Assembly (NCBI GenBank): GCA_963775955.1
Contig: CAVZKT010000002.1
Location: 228,944-292,943 of the forward strand
Direction of reading: 5' to 3'
DNA from: Candidatus Moraniibacteriota bacterium
GTDB taxonomy: Bacteria; Patescibacteriota; Minisyncoccia; Moranbacterales; UBA2206
Length of the DNA: 64,000 bases
Made by a program: the position numbers and the translations under genes. The number at the start of each line of letters is the position of its first letter. Position 1 is the stretch's first letter. Shown piece by piece: positions 1 to 10,378 of this stretch. The notes below the pieces were generated by a model that was given only the letters and a program-made list of their open reading frames with translations, had not been told where the DNA came from and ran no database searches.

Positions 1-1
1 T

Positions 2-902
2 ATGATAAATATAATTGGTAAAACTAAATATGCTTACATTTTTTCAATAACCCTCGACGGTTTTGAGCGTGGTTAGTCTTTTTGTTTGGGGCTTGAAATT
101 CGGCATTGATTTTACCGGCGGGACGCTGGCTGAAATCCAGTTTGCCAATTCAGTTCCGGCCAATCAGGAACTGGAGAATACGCTAAAAAACCTGGATCTA
201 AAAAGTCTTACTTTGCAACCGACCACTAATAATTCCGTGCTTATCCGCTATGCTTCCGAAGACGATAAGATAAATCAGGAAGTTTCACAGAAAATTTCCG
301 AGAGCTATCCCGGAGCCAAAGAATTACGCGCGGATTTCATCAATTCCTCGGTTTCGCAAGAACTGCGCCGGAATTCTCTCTGGGCGATCGTTATTGCGAT
401 TTTAGGAATTATGGCCTATATTGCCTGGGCGTTCCGCAAAGTTTCCCGCCCGGTTGAATCCTGGAAATACGGGCTGGGCGCGGTGATCGCGCTCGTGCAT
501 GATGTCCTGATAACCATCGGCGTTTTTTCAGCGCTTGGGCATTTTATTGGCATTGAAGTGGGCGTGCCGTTTATTGCGGCGCTGCTCACGATTCTCGGGT
601 TTTCCGTGCATGACACGATTGTTGTTTATGACCGGACGCGCGAAAATTTGCTGCGCAGTTCCGCCAAAGAGCAATTTCCGGAAATTGTCAATCGCAGCTT
701 AAATGAAACATTAGTCCGTTCAATCAACACATCGCTCACGGTGCTCCTCACGCTTTTGGCGATTTATATTTTTGGCGGGGAAACTATCCGCGATTTTTCC
801 CTGGCGCTCCTGATCGGCGTATTTTTCGGAACTTATTCCTCGATTTTCATCGCTTCGGCGCTTTTAGTGACCAGCTACAAGTTTCAACTTGCTAAGAAAT
901 AA
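2..902 (+). CDS. secF: Protein-export membrane protein SecF, frame interrupted near 58-64
   Basis: Track ORF 63-902 shows GIDFTGGT near the N-terminus, multiple TM segments and a C-terminal FGTYSSIFIA. ATG at 2 opens another frame (MINIIGKTKYAYIFSITLDGF, stop 74-76) that supplies the missing first TM helix. Removing one base in GGTTTTGAG joins the two. Confidence 0.8.
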
Positions 903-948
903 TTTATGTGGCCCCGTATAATCTTACGATTAACGGGGTAAAAATCCT

Positions 949-1188
949 ATGTTTAATATTTTCAAACGCAATAAGAAGTCTGATGACACGCAAAAGATGG
1001 GGATGCTTCAAAGAATCGCGATGAAAAAAATGATGAATATGAGTCCGGAGGAAAGAAATAAATTGACGCAGGATATGATGAAGCCGGAAAATAAAGGCAA
1101 ACTTTTGCAGGCCATGGAAATGATGAAAAAAACCGGGCAAATAACGGACGAACAAATAGAAGAAGCGAAACAGAAATTGGGAATGTAA
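949..1188 (+). CDS. Small Met/Lys-rich hypothetical protein
   Basis: 79-aa ORF in the secF-GGDEF intergenic gap. Antisense ORF 904-1155 looks like a shadow. No recognisable family. Confidence 0.4.
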   Translation: MFNIFKRNKKSDDTQKMGMLQRIAMKKMMNMSPEERNKLTQDMMKPENKGKLLQAMEMMKKTGQITDEQIEEAKQKLGM

Positions 1189-1214
1189 ATTAAAAAAAGG
1201 AGGTCAATAGATTC

Positions 1215-1922
1215 TTATCTATCGACCTCTTTATATTGGTACATAATTTCATCCGACTTTGCCAGGAGATTTTCAATAATATTTTTTTCAGAAGAGTTGC
1301 CGCAGCAAAATCCGATAGAAGCAGAAAATCTGATCTCAATTGTTTTGTTCCAATATCGCATGCCGGACATTGCTTCCTGAAGCCTCGCGAGAAATTCATC
1401 AGTTTTGTGCATATCGGCGGTTGTCCACATAATAATAAATTCATCCCCGCCTTTTCTGATGATCAGATCTCCGGATCTGACAGTATTCGCCAAATGATTG
1501 GCGAAAAAAACCAAAACCTTATCTCCAACAGCGTGCCCATATTGATCGTTGATTTCTTTGAATCGATCCAAATCAACAAAACAAATACAGATTTTTTCTT
1601 TGTAACGCGAAGCTCTGGCAATAATCATCCGGCAATCATCAAGGAGAAACCGGATGTTATGGAGTCCCGTTAATGCGTCCCTTATGGCCAGTTCTTTTTG
1701 TTTTTTCCTGTCTTTTATTACAACAGAAAAAAGCTTAAAGAAAAGAAGCGTTACAATAAAAACTAACATCTGCCAGCCCGGGGTTCGGTATCCGGTTTTT
1801 GCCAGAAGGGCATCAAAATATTTTGCTGTGCATGACACAATAACAGCAAAAAGAACATACATTACGCCCCTCCAAGAAGGCCGCAATGCATACCATTGAT
1901 CCACAAACTTATCTATTTTCAT
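1215..1922 (-). CDS. Membrane-anchored GGDEF-domain diguanylate cyclase
   Basis: Two N-terminal hydrophobic helices, then DALTGLHNIRF, FVDLDRFKEINDQYGHAVGD and an intact RKGGDEF active-site motif. Confidence 0.8.
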   Translation of the reverse strand: MKIDKFVDQWYALRPSWRGVMYVLFAVIVSCTAKYFDALLAKTGYRTPGWQMLVFIVTLLFFKLFSVVIKDRKKQKELAIRDALTGLHNIRFLLDDCRMIIARASRYKEKICICFVDLDRFKEINDQYGHAVGDKVLVFFANHLANTVRSGDLIIRKGGDEFIIMWTTADMHKTDEFLARLQEAMSGMRYWNKTIEIRFSASIGFCCGNSSEKNIIENLLAKSDEIMYQYKEVDR

Positions 1923-2026
1923 TAGTTTCTCCTTTTGTTAATGAACATTTTATTTTGATTGCTCATCATACACCCAAAATAACTTTTTGTCAAATGCTTG
2001 CAAGCGGGCTTTTTTGGTGATAATAT

Positions 2027-3259
2027 TTGAATATGAATAAAAATCTGGAAAATAAAATCGAAGAAATTCTGACGCGGGGCGTGGAGAATGTTTATCCTGC
2101 CAAAGAGGCGCTTAAAAGCGTTCTGCTTTCAGGTAAAAAGCTGAGAATTTATAACGGCATTGATCCGACCGGCAAACTTCATATTGGTCACGGAGTAGTA
2201 CTGAAAAAAATGAAACAATTCCAGGATCTTGGACATGAAATAATTGTTCTTATCGGAGATTTTACTGCGCGTATTGGTGATCCCACAGATAAAATGGCAA
2301 TGCGAAAGCAATTAACAAAAGAAGAAGTCGAAAAAAATGCGGATGGTTATAAAGAACTTATTGGAAAAATTTTGGATACTAAAAGCGCCAACATGCGGTT
2401 TCTTCGTAATGAAAAATGGTCGAATAAATTAAAGCCGGTTGATATGCTGGATTTGGCTTCACATTTTACAGTTTCACAACTCCTTGAAAGAGATATGTTT
2501 CAGGAGCGCTTAAAGGCAGGTAAAGAAATTTATGCGCATGAATTTTTATATCCCATATTTCAGGCCTATGATTCAGTGACAATGGATGTGGATATGGAAA
2601 TTGGAGGCAACGACCAGACTTTCAATATGCTGGCCGGAAGGACGCTGATGAAAAAAATGAAACAAAAGGAAAAATTTGTTTTAACGGTTAAATTATTAAC
2701 TGATCCGACAGGGAAAAAAATGGGGAAAACGGAGAGCAATGTTGTAAATTTGGATGATAATCCGCAAAATATGTTCGGTAAAATTATGGCCTGGCCGGAC
2801 AATTTGATTATAGTAGGTCTTGAAATTTGTACGGATATTCCAATGGAAAGTATTAAGCAAATGGAAGCGGATATGCAGTCCGGAAAGATTAATCCACGCG
2901 ACGCTAAGCTTGATTTAGCCGAAGAGATTGTGAAAATTTACCATGGCGAAGGCGAGGCCAAAAAAGCGCGGGAATATTTTGTTAATACTTTTTCAAAAAA
3001 AGAAATACCGGAAGATATTCCAGAAATTAAAATCAAAAATATCATTAAAGTTAAGGGCGGATCTAGAGTTGGAATTACTAAGTTATTGGTTGGTGCAAGA
3101 TTAGCAACAAGCTTGAGTGATGCGCGTCGGAAAATAGAACAGGATGGAGTTTCAATTGAAGGAAAAAAAATAAATGATTGGAAAATGGAAATAGGCAAAG
3201 AATATCACGGTAAAAGATTAAAAGTTGGAAGGCATTTTGTGAAAATTAAATTTCAATAG
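2027..3259 (+). CDS. tyrS: Tyrosine--tRNA ligase
   Basis: Class I HIGH motif (KLHIGHG), KMSKS variant (KMGKTE), GIDPTG and a C-terminal S4-like domain (SDARRKIEQDGVSIEG). The start may be ATG 2033 and not TTG 2027. Confidence 0.9.
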   Translation: MNMNKNLENKIEEILTRGVENVYPAKEALKSVLLSGKKLRIYNGIDPTGKLHIGHGVVLKKMKQFQDLGHEIIVLIGDFTARIGDPTDKMAMRKQLTKEEVEKNADGYKELIGKILDTKSANMRFLRNEKWSNKLKPVDMLDLASHFTVSQLLERDMFQERLKAGKEIYAHEFLYPIFQAYDSVTMDVDMEIGGNDQTFNMLAGRTLMKKMKQKEKFVLTVKLLTDPTGKKMGKTESNVVNLDDNPQNMFGKIMAWPDNLIIVGLEICTDIPMESIKQMEADMQSGKINPRDAKLDLAEEIVKIYHGEGEAKKAREYFVNTFSKKEIPEDIPEIKIKNIIKVKGGSRVGITKLLVGARLATSLSDARRKIEQDGVSIEGKKINDWKMEIGKEYHGKRLKVGRHFVKIKFQ

Positions 3260-3263
3260 AAAA

Positions 3264-3287
3264 TCAGCTCATTGAAGCTGGTTTTTT
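3264..3287 (+). terminator. Rho-independent terminator after tyrS
   Basis: CAGCT-loop-AGCTG hairpin followed by GTTTTTT. Confidence 0.6.
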
Positions 3288-3313
3288 AAAGAAGAAAAGG
3301 GAGGTTCTTTAAA

Positions 3314-3601
3314 ATGGAAATAGTTGGTAGTATTTTAGAATGCTGTACTGGCGGCCTGGTTTTAACCATAGTTGTAATTATAGTGGTTATTGCAGAAAGT
3401 ATTGGGAATGAAAAAAGAAAAACCACGATTTTTAAAGTCCCCCTTGGGTGGTTATGCATTCGCATTGAAGATTTATTAACAACTCTCGCAATCAGTTGGT
3501 TTCGCTGTAAATACCCGTTTTTATTTTTAGAAACAGAAGAAACGAAACCCTTGCAGATTACCCATAAAGGAGGGAATCATGCCAAAAAGTTCAACGCTTA
3601 G
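3314..3601 (+). CDS. Hypothetical small protein with hydrophobic N-terminus
   Basis: ORF preceded by AAGGGAGG, a Shine-Dalgarno-like sequence. No family recognised. Confidence 0.35.
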   Translation: MEIVGSILECCTGGLVLTIVVIIVVIAESIGNEKRKTTIFKVPLGWLCIRIEDLLTTLAISWFRCKYPFLFLETEETKPLQITHKGGNHAKKFNA

Positions 3602-3848
3602 GACGAATGGCGGCGTTTGGGCCCATGCGGTCGATAGGCTAGTGGGCCAATACGGTTTTCGAGGCAGCAGAAAAGAAGCCCGCAAGCTCCTGCGCAAATG
3701 CCGGGAGGAAGCGGATAAAGAAGATCGGGTATTGATATCCAGCAAAAATCTCGGCATAGCATCTGCGGAACTTTTGCGTTGGGGCATTCCCGATTGCAGT
3801 TTGATTGCTATTATCAGCAGAGGCGAAGTTGTTTCAGTTATCAGTTAA
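3579..3848 (+). CDS. Hypothetical basic protein
   Basis: ORF preceded by AAAGGAGGGAATC. Locally higher GC. Followed by a strong terminator. Confidence 0.4.
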   Translation: MPKSSTLRTNGGVWAHAVDRLVGQYGFRGSRKEARKLLRKCREEADKEDRVLISSKNLGIASAELLRWGIPDCSLIAIISRGEVVSVIS

Positions 3849-3890
3849 AGAGAAAGGATGAAAAATATTAACAATTCGTTAATTTTTTAA

Positions 3891-3928
3891 CCCCTGCGGC
3901 CAATTTCGGCGCAGGGGCGTATTTTTTT
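3891..3928 (+). terminator. Rho-independent terminator
   Basis: CCCCTGCG ... CGCAGGGG stem followed by a T-run. Confidence 0.7.
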
Positions 3929-3970
3929 GGCTCCGCTTTTTTTATTTCCCGATTCTGCTATAATAAAAAA

Positions 3971-4981
3971 ATGCAAAATAAAAAAATAATTCAGTATATA
4001 TTAATCGCCATATCAATCACGATTTCATTTTTCGCCTTTTGGTCGGTTGAGCGGGCGGTGCGCGTTCCGGAAGCCAGTAATTGGCTGGCGCCGATAGTTT
4101 GGTTTTCTCTGCTTTTTATAATTCTTTGTCTTAATATCGCGCTGGTTAAGGATAAAAGAATCATATATCCGGCCATTTTTGCTTCTCTGCTTGCCTGTCT
4201 TGTTTTTTCTCCCAGCTTCTGGCAGTTTTTAGCCGTATTATTCGGATTTCTTTTGCTTCTGGCGGCGCGCGCGCGGATCCAGGGCGATATTGATTATGGC
4301 AAAAAAATCAAACTATGGAGATCTTTGCGTTTTGGAAAATCATATATATATCTGGCGCTGGCGCTGGTCATTTCCGGCCAGTATTATTTTTTGGTCAAAG
4401 ACGCTCCGGCGCAAAATTTCATTCCGGATTTCAAAGTTGACGGCCTGACGGAATATCTTACGCCCAAAATTCTTTCCGCTGTCAGCCCGGATCTTGCGTC
4501 TTCAGTCGGCGGCGAGACGACCATAGATCAATTTATCATCCAAATGCAAAAAAGCCAGTTGGATCAAGCAGGATATAGCCCGGAGAAACTTGCTAAATTG
4601 CCACCCGATCAGCGCGTAGCTATCCAAAAACAAATTGATGCGGAAATAGAAAAAAATCAGGATGCCCTCCTGGAAGAAGGAAGAAAAAAATTCACAGATC
4701 TCGTTGGCCGGCCGGTAAACGGATCAGAAAAAGTTTCCGCTATTTTTTCGGAAATAATAAACAGCAAGGTGAATGACTATTTAAAACCCGGAAATATTAA
4801 CATAGGTTCACTTCCAGTGGCGCCCATCGTTGCGTTCATATTGTTTTTAACGGTTTGGTCGCTGGGATCGTTTTTGGGAATAATTCTCGTACCAATGGCG
4901 GCGGGAATATTTTGGATTCTTGTTCAAGCGAAACTAGTTACGATATCAAAAATATCGGCGGAAGTGGAAGTAATTGAGTAG
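3971..4981 (+). CDS. Polytopic membrane protein, unknown function
   Basis: 336-aa ORF with several hydrophobic helices at both ends and a soluble central region. Confidence 0.6.
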   Translation: MQNKKIIQYILIAISITISFFAFWSVERAVRVPEASNWLAPIVWFSLLFIILCLNIALVKDKRIIYPAIFASLLACLVFSPSFWQFLAVLFGFLLLLAARARIQGDIDYGKKIKLWRSLRFGKSYIYLALALVISGQYYFLVKDAPAQNFIPDFKVDGLTEYLTPKILSAVSPDLASSVGGETTIDQFIIQMQKSQLDQAGYSPEKLAKLPPDQRVAIQKQIDAEIEKNQDALLEEGRKKFTDLVGRPVNGSEKVSAIFSEIINSKVNDYLKPGNINIGSLPVAPIVAFILFLTVWSLGSFLGIILVPMAAGIFWILVQAKLVTISKISAEVEVIE

Positions 4982-5058
4982 GCGCCGTTGATTCTAAAAC
5001 TCGGCTTTTTTAGATTCCTGCCGGCAGACAGGTTTAAAGCTGAGTTTTGAAGATACGA

Positions 5059-5085
5059 TTAGCACTCGGGGGCAGAGATTGCTAA
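5059..5085 (+). promoter_or_regulatory. CIRCE (HrcA) operator upstream of dnaJ
   Basis: TTAGCACTC-N9-GATTGCTAA versus the consensus TTAGCACTC-N9-GAGTGCTAA. The left arm is perfect and the right arm has one mismatch. It lies 34 nt before the dnaJ start. Confidence 0.8.
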
Positions 5086-5118
5086 TTTTTTTGTTTTGTG
5101 CTAAATTGAGATAAATAT

Positions 5119-6240
5119 ATGGCAAATAACTACTACGATATTTTAGGTGTTTCCAAAAGCGCTTCTGACGACGAAATCAAGAAAGCCTACCGGAAGCTGG
5201 CGCACAAATACCATCCGGACAAAGCCGGTGGAGATGAAAAGAAGTTCAAGGAAATAAATGGGGCGTATCAAGTGCTTTCCGACAAGGCAAAACGCCGGCA
5301 ATATGATCAGTTCGGGCAAACCTTTGAACAAAGCGGAGCCGGACAAGGATTTGGAGGCTATTCATCTGGTGGCTTTGAAGGTTTTGACTTCGGAGATATT
5401 TTCGGCCAGGCCAGGCAGGGCGGCGCGTCTAATTTCGAGTTCGGCGGAGATTTTTCCGATATTTTTTCCGATATTTTTGGCGGCGGCCGGGGGCGCAGCA
5501 GGCGGAAAGCGAAGGCCGGCCGGGATATTCAGGTGGATGCCGAGATAAGTTTTGAAGAAATGGTGAGAGGCGCGGCGCGGAATATCAGACTATACAAAAC
5601 TGTGAAATGCTCAGTTTGCAAAGGCACGGGAGGAGAACCGGGAGTTCGGGAAGAGACTTGTCCGGTTTGTCATGGATCAGGGCAGGTGCAAAAAAACACC
5701 CGCAGTTTTTTTGGCAGTTTCTCTCAAGTTTTAACCTGTCCGGAATGCGCGGGCTCAGGCAAGGTATATTTAAAAAAATGCAAGAAATGCGGAGGCGACG
5801 GCCGAATTAAAGAAGAGCAGGATATAAAAATTGAAATTCCGGCTGGGATTTCCGACGGACAGACGATTTCGCTTGAAGGACAGGGCGAGGCCGGCGAAAC
5901 CGGCGCGCCTAGCGGAGATCTTTTCGCCAATGTCCATGTCAAACCGCATGCGAAATTCAAGCGGGAAGGAAATAATATTACTTCATCAGAATTTATAAAT
6001 TTTTCTCAAGCTGTTTTGGGAGACAAAATTTTTGTAGAAACTATTGATGGCCGGATTAAGATGAAAATTCCTTCCGGAACGCAATCGGGGGAAATTTTCC
6101 GCATTAAAGGCGAAGGTGTTCCCTTTTTGCAAAAAGGCGGGCGCGGGGACCATCTGGTAAAAATAATTGTGAAGATCCCCAAAAATATTTCACGCGAGCA
6201 GAGAGATTTGGTGGAAAAATTGAGGGGTGAGAATGTTTGA
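5119..6240 (+). CDS. dnaJ: Chaperone DnaJ
   Basis: J-domain with HPD, a G/F-rich linker, four CxxCxGxG zinc-finger repeats and a C-terminal substrate-binding domain. Confidence 0.95.
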   Translation: MANNYYDILGVSKSASDDEIKKAYRKLAHKYHPDKAGGDEKKFKEINGAYQVLSDKAKRRQYDQFGQTFEQSGAGQGFGGYSSGGFEGFDFGDIFGQARQGGASNFEFGGDFSDIFSDIFGGGRGRSRRKAKAGRDIQVDAEISFEEMVRGAARNIRLYKTVKCSVCKGTGGEPGVREETCPVCHGSGQVQKNTRSFFGSFSQVLTCPECAGSGKVYLKKCKKCGGDGRIKEEQDIKIEIPAGISDGQTISLEGQGEAGETGAPSGDLFANVHVKPHAKFKREGNNITSSEFINFSQAVLGDKIFVETIDGRIKMKIPSGTQSGEIFRIKGEGVPFLQKGGRGDHLVKIIVKIPKNISREQRDLVEKLRGENV

Positions 6241-6389
6241 TTTTTTGTTATGCTGATTTTGTGGTATAATATTTTTATGAACCCGGTAGTGAAATTTTGA
6301 CTAAAAATATTTTTTAAAAATATTCCAGGCCGCCGGGACATAAAAAGCTTAAAGCATAATACAAATTTTGATCTTTCTATTTTTTAGAA

Positions 6390-6911
6390 ATGTCAAAATT
6401 CTACTACCGGGTGAACCCCATCACAATCTTATCCAATCTGGGCGTGCCGACTAATCTGACGCAGGACATAATGCTCTTGCTTTTTGCGGCGCTGGCCAGC
6501 TTTGTTTATGGCACGCTGATCGGCCGCTGGCGCCTGATGACGGTGCTCATAAACATTTACGTGGCTTTCGCGGTTGTTGCGGTTATTCCGGCAGATTTAA
6601 TTTCAGATTATAACACGGAACTGCTGATATTTTTTATTCTGCTGATTGGCATGACGCTTTTGAATAAAAGATTTTTTGACATTTCTTTTTCCGGTTCAGG
6701 CACAAATTATATGATGCGCGTGTTCGCCATGAGCTTTTTGGAAATTGCTTTGGTTTTGAGCATCGTTTTTTCGCTGGTGCCGAAGAAAGTGGCGCTGGGG
6801 TATATTTCCGCCAATGCCTACGGTTATCTCGTTGCCGGCTATGCCCCGCTGATCTGGATGGCGCTGCCACTGGTTTATATGTTTTTTATGTATCGGAAGA
6901 TGCGCCGGTAA
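6390..6911 (+). CDS. Small integral membrane protein, unknown function
   Basis: 173-aa ORF dominated by hydrophobic helices. The antisense ORF is a shadow. Confidence 0.55.
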   Translation: MSKFYYRVNPITILSNLGVPTNLTQDIMLLLFAALASFVYGTLIGRWRLMTVLINIYVAFAVVAVIPADLISDYNTELLIFFILLIGMTLLNKRFFDISFSGSGTNYMMRVFAMSFLEIALVLSIVFSLVPKKVALGYISANAYGYLVAGYAPLIWMALPLVYMFFMYRKMRR

Positions 6912-6960
6912 TTATTGACTATTTTTTTACGCATGTTACAATCCGTAATGTTATTTTAAT

Positions 6961-7037
6961 GCGCTCATAGCTCAGCCTGGTAGAGCAGTTGCCTTTTAAG
7001 CAAACGGTCGCAGGTTCGAATCCTGCTGAGCGCACCA
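6961..7037 (+). tRNA. tRNA-Lys (anticodon UUU), CCA encoded
   Basis: Hand-folded cloverleaf: acceptor GCGCTCA/TGAGCGC, D arm GCTC/GAGC, anticodon loop CTTTTAA, T arm GCAGG-TTCGAAT-CCTGC, then ACCA. Confidence 0.9.
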
Positions 7038-7095
7038 ACGAAAATCCTGCTATTGGGATTTTTTGTTTTTGTCTTTTTGTGCTACAATTTATACA

Positions 7096-8172
7096 ATGAA
7101 AAAGTATCTATTTCTATCCATATTAATAATTACGCCGGTAGTCTTTTCCGGTTGTTCTTTGCTGCCGGCCGATACGAACACGGCTAGCGCGCCGGTGGAC
7201 CAGACAAAATCCAAGGGCAGCCTGTGGGAATCGGTTGATGGCGGTAAAGTCTGGGTTGATAAAACCGTAGGCGCCGCGGCAAAAGTTGACACCTCCGGCG
7301 CGGATATTTTGAGTTTAATTGTTAATCCTTATGACGCGAACACGGCCTATGCCGGAGCGCGCGGCGCGGGAATTTTGAAAACCGAAGACGGCGGGCAGGA
7401 CTGGCAATATCTGCCTTTTCAATCCGAAAAAGTTTACGGTTTGGATATGGATCCGATCGACAGCAAAATTATTTACGCGAGCGGAGTCTGGCAAAAGCGC
7501 GGGAAAATTTTCAAAAGCCTGGATGGCGGAAAAACCTGGGAGGAAATTTATACATCGCCTTCCGCGGGGCCGCTGATTATCGCGCTTCAGATTGATAAAA
7601 AGAATCCCGGCAATGTCTATGCTTCCACCAGCGACAATCAGGTTATGAAGACAACTGACGGCGGCGGGTCGTGGAAAAATATTTTTGCCGCTCCCGGACC
7701 GGTTATTAGAATTGCAATCGACAAATTTAACGGTAATTTAATATACTTCGCAACATTGGGAAGGGGCATATTCAGAAGCGCGGACGGCGGAAAAAATTTT
7801 GAAGATATTTCCAAAAACATCTCCCGGCTTATTCTTGGAAACCAGGACATAAATGCGCTGGAAACCGATCCGCAGAATGCCAACTGGGTTTACGCGGCGG
7901 GCGGCGTGGGAATTTTAAAAAGCAAGGATGCCGGCAAGACCTGGGGAAAAATAGAAGTCCTTAACAATCCGGCCGCTTTTCCGGTAAAATCTCTGGCCAT
8001 AAATCCCAAAAATTCGCAGGAGCTTGTTTACGGGGCGGCGCAGGCGGTTTATAAATCAATTGATGGCGGGGCCAACTGGGCGACGACGCAGTTTGAAACA
8101 GCCAAGACAATAAATATTTTGAAATATTCCGCAGCTAATCCAAGCATGCTGTATTTAGGCTTAAGTAAATAA
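7096..8172 (+). CDS. Lipoprotein with BNR/Ycf48-like beta-propeller repeats
   Basis: Signal peptide with lipobox (VVFSGC) from ATG 7096. Repeated SxDGGxxW-type motifs (SVDGGKVW, TEDGGQDW, SLDGGKTW, TTDGGGSW, SADGGKNF, SKDAGKTW, SIDGGANW). Confidence 0.75.
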   Translation: MKKYLFLSILIITPVVFSGCSLLPADTNTASAPVDQTKSKGSLWESVDGGKVWVDKTVGAAAKVDTSGADILSLIVNPYDANTAYAGARGAGILKTEDGGQDWQYLPFQSEKVYGLDMDPIDSKIIYASGVWQKRGKIFKSLDGGKTWEEIYTSPSAGPLIIALQIDKKNPGNVYASTSDNQVMKTTDGGGSWKNIFAAPGPVIRIAIDKFNGNLIYFATLGRGIFRSADGGKNFEDISKNISRLILGNQDINALETDPQNANWVYAAGGVGILKSKDAGKTWGKIEVLNNPAAFPVKSLAINPKNSQELVYGAAQAVYKSIDGGANWATTQFETAKTINILKYSAANPSMLYLGLSK

Positions 8173-8192
8173 TTTTTAAATTTAATTTTTTT

Positions 8193-8750
8193 ATGTACCA
8201 GGAACTAATCGAAAACAAAAAAAGCGAGATGGAAAATTCCATTGAACATTTTAAAGAAGAACTGAATCAGCTGCGCACCGGCCGGGCTTCAACGGCTTTG
8301 GTGGAAAATATTCTCGTGGACTATTATGGCGCGAAATCGCCGATGAAGCAGGTGGCGAGCATTACCATTCCGGAACCGCGCGCCATTGTCATTTCTCCGT
8401 GGGACAAGGGGACACTGGTGAATATTGAAGCTGCTGTCCGGGAATCGCAGCTGAATTTGAATCCAAATAATGACGGCAATGTAATCAGGGTCAATATTCC
8501 GCAGCTTACGGAAGACCGCCGCAAAGAACTGGTAAAAGTTCTGAACCAAAAAGCCGAGGAAGCCAGAATTGCCGTCAGGAAGCACAGGGAAGAGGTGTGG
8601 GAAGAAATCCAGGAAATGGAAAAAAGCGGAAAAATCGGCGAAGATGATAAATTTGCCGGCAAAGATGAATTGCAAAAATTGGTGGATGAATACAATTCTG
8701 TAATTGAAGACATACGCAAGAAAAAGGAAGCAGAAGTAATGACGGTTTAA
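8193..8750 (+). CDS. frr: Ribosome recycling factor
   Basis: Full-length 185-aa match in pattern to RRF (LRTGRA, PLTEERRKELVK-like PQLTEDRRKELVK, IRNIRR-like AVRKHRE). Confidence 0.9.
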   Translation: MYQELIENKKSEMENSIEHFKEELNQLRTGRASTALVENILVDYYGAKSPMKQVASITIPEPRAIVISPWDKGTLVNIEAAVRESQLNLNPNNDGNVIRVNIPQLTEDRRKELVKVLNQKAEEARIAVRKHREEVWEEIQEMEKSGKIGEDDKFAGKDELQKLVDEYNSVIEDIRKKKEAEVMTV

Positions 8751-8756
8751 TTTTTT

Positions 8757-10049
8757 ATGCTGACCATAATTGTTTTTATTTTAATCCTTGGCATATTAAT
8801 CTTTGTCCACGAGCTGGGCCATTTTTTGACGGCGCGGCGAAACGGAATAAAGGCCAGTGAATTCGGCTTTGGTTTCCCGCCGAGAATTGTCGGTTTTCAA
8901 TTTATGTCCGGCCGGAAACACGAGGAAAAGATGGAAATAGAAAGTTTGCAAGTTGAAAAAGTTGACATAAAAACCGGCGACAATGAAGAAATAATCAAGG
9001 AAACAATCACCGAAAAAATGCGCCGAATTGATGAAATTGTCCCGGTGAAAAAATGGAGATTTATCTGGGGCGGAAAAGACGGCGATGATGAAAATGAAAA
9101 ACGGGATTTGGCGGAAGCGCGCGAAAATCAGGAAATAGGCGGAACGATTTATTCCATAAACTGGATTCCGCTGGGCGGCTTTGTGAAAATAAAAGGCGAA
9201 AGCGGAGAGGCTAAAGATGATCCGGACAGTTTCGCCGGCCGGCCGGCCTGGACGAGAATAAAAGTTTTAGCCGCGGGAGTGATTATGAATTTTTTATTCG
9301 CCTGGCTTTTGATTTCTTTCGGGCTTATGATCGGCGCGCCGGAGGCTGTTGAACCGAATCAGTCCGATCCTAATTCCAAGATTCAAATTTCGGAAGTTAT
9401 TCCGGATTCACCGGCGGGCTCAATGGGGCTGAAGGTCGGGGATGAAATTTTGAAAAACGGGCAATTCAAAAATTTGGAAGATGTGCAAAATTATATCAAT
9501 GCCAATAAAGGGCAGGAAGTCATATTGCGCGTAAAAAGGGGCAATAAATTTTTTGATTTGAAGGGAACGCCTCGGGCAGACGCTCCAGTTGGGCAGGGTC
9601 CGCTGGGGGTAGGCCTGGCGGAAACAGTTATAACCAGGTATTCGTTTTTTGAGGCTATCTGGAAAGGTCTGGTCGCAACCGGTAATTTAATCTTAGCGAT
9701 GGCTCTGGCAATTTATGAGATACTCAAAAATCTTTTATTCGGACAAAATGTGATGGTGGAAATCGCGGGGCCGGTGGGCATTGCGGTGCTCACAAAACAG
9801 GTGACGGAATTGGGATTAATTTATATTATCCAATTCGCGGCGATTTTAAGCGTCAATCTGGGAATAATTAACGCGCTTCCTTTTCCGGCGCTGGACGGCG
9901 GGCGCATTCTTTTCATTCTGATTGAAAAAATAAAAGGTTCTCCGGTCACCCAAAAAACGGAACAAATGTTCCATACCATCGGCTTTATGCTGCTTATTCT
10001 CTTGATGATCCTCGTCACTTTCAAAGATGTCGCGAAGTTTATCAAATAA
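8757..10049 (+). CDS. rseP: RIP site-2 metalloprotease RseP (M50)
   Basis: HELGH zinc motif in the first TM helix, a PDZ-like central domain and a C-terminal NALPFPALDGG motif. Confidence 0.9.
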   Translation: MLTIIVFILILGILIFVHELGHFLTARRNGIKASEFGFGFPPRIVGFQFMSGRKHEEKMEIESLQVEKVDIKTGDNEEIIKETITEKMRRIDEIVPVKKWRFIWGGKDGDDENEKRDLAEARENQEIGGTIYSINWIPLGGFVKIKGESGEAKDDPDSFAGRPAWTRIKVLAAGVIMNFLFAWLLISFGLMIGAPEAVEPNQSDPNSKIQISEVIPDSPAGSMGLKVGDEILKNGQFKNLEDVQNYINANKGQEVILRVKRGNKFFDLKGTPRADAPVGQGPLGVGLAETVITRYSFFEAIWKGLVATGNLILAMALAIYEILKNLLFGQNVMVEIAGPVGIAVLTKQVTELGLIYIIQFAAILSVNLGIINALPFPALDGGRILFILIEKIKGSPVTQKTEQMFHTIGFMLLILLMILVTFKDVAKFIK

Positions 10050-10168
10050 ATTCGCACTTAGACCTTGGAGGTCTAAGTCGATAAAGTCGCCCAAAATTAA
10101 GAATAAAATAAAAGTACATATCCGAGTATGTACTCGGGAATGTTCTATTAATAAGTTTAAATAAAAAC

Positions 10169-10333
10169 ATGGCAAAACATTCGCGAAAATTGACCCGCAC
10201 TTCAAAGCACAGCTTTTATGTCGTCATCCCGAAAGAGCTGGTGACTAAATATGGCTGGCGGGAAAAACAGAAGCTGGTTCTGGAGGACAAAGGCCGAGGC
10301 AAAATCGAAATCCGGGACTGGAGAAAGAAATAA
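10169..10333 (+). CDS. AbrB/MazE/SpoVT-family DNA-binding domain protein (54 aa, not in ORF track)
   Basis: Hand translation: MAKHSRKLTRTSKHSFYVVIPKELVTKYGWREKQKLVLEDKGRGKIEIRDWRKK. The SFYVVIPKELV...G motif is the looped-hinge-helix signature. Below the track length cutoff. Confidence 0.6.
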   Translation: MAKHSRKLTRTSKHSFYVVIPKELVTKYGWREKQKLVLEDKGRGKIEIRDWRKK

Positions 10334-10349
10334 AGCCTGTTCGGCGCTT

Positions 10350-10378
10350 TTGACTTCGCTCTGCGGTTGGGGTATAAT
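10350..10378 (+). promoter_or_regulatory. Sigma-70-type promoter upstream of mreB
   Basis: TTGACT, a 17-nt spacer, then TATAAT. Confidence 0.65.

Noticed and set aside
8289-8719. Long antisense ORFs opposite frr (8289-8675, 8324-8719) and similar shadows opposite mreB, mrdA, ispH, the 32052 gene, aspS and others.
   Set aside because: The sense-strand genes have unambiguous family signatures. The antisense ORFs are compositional shadows with no motifs or translation signals.
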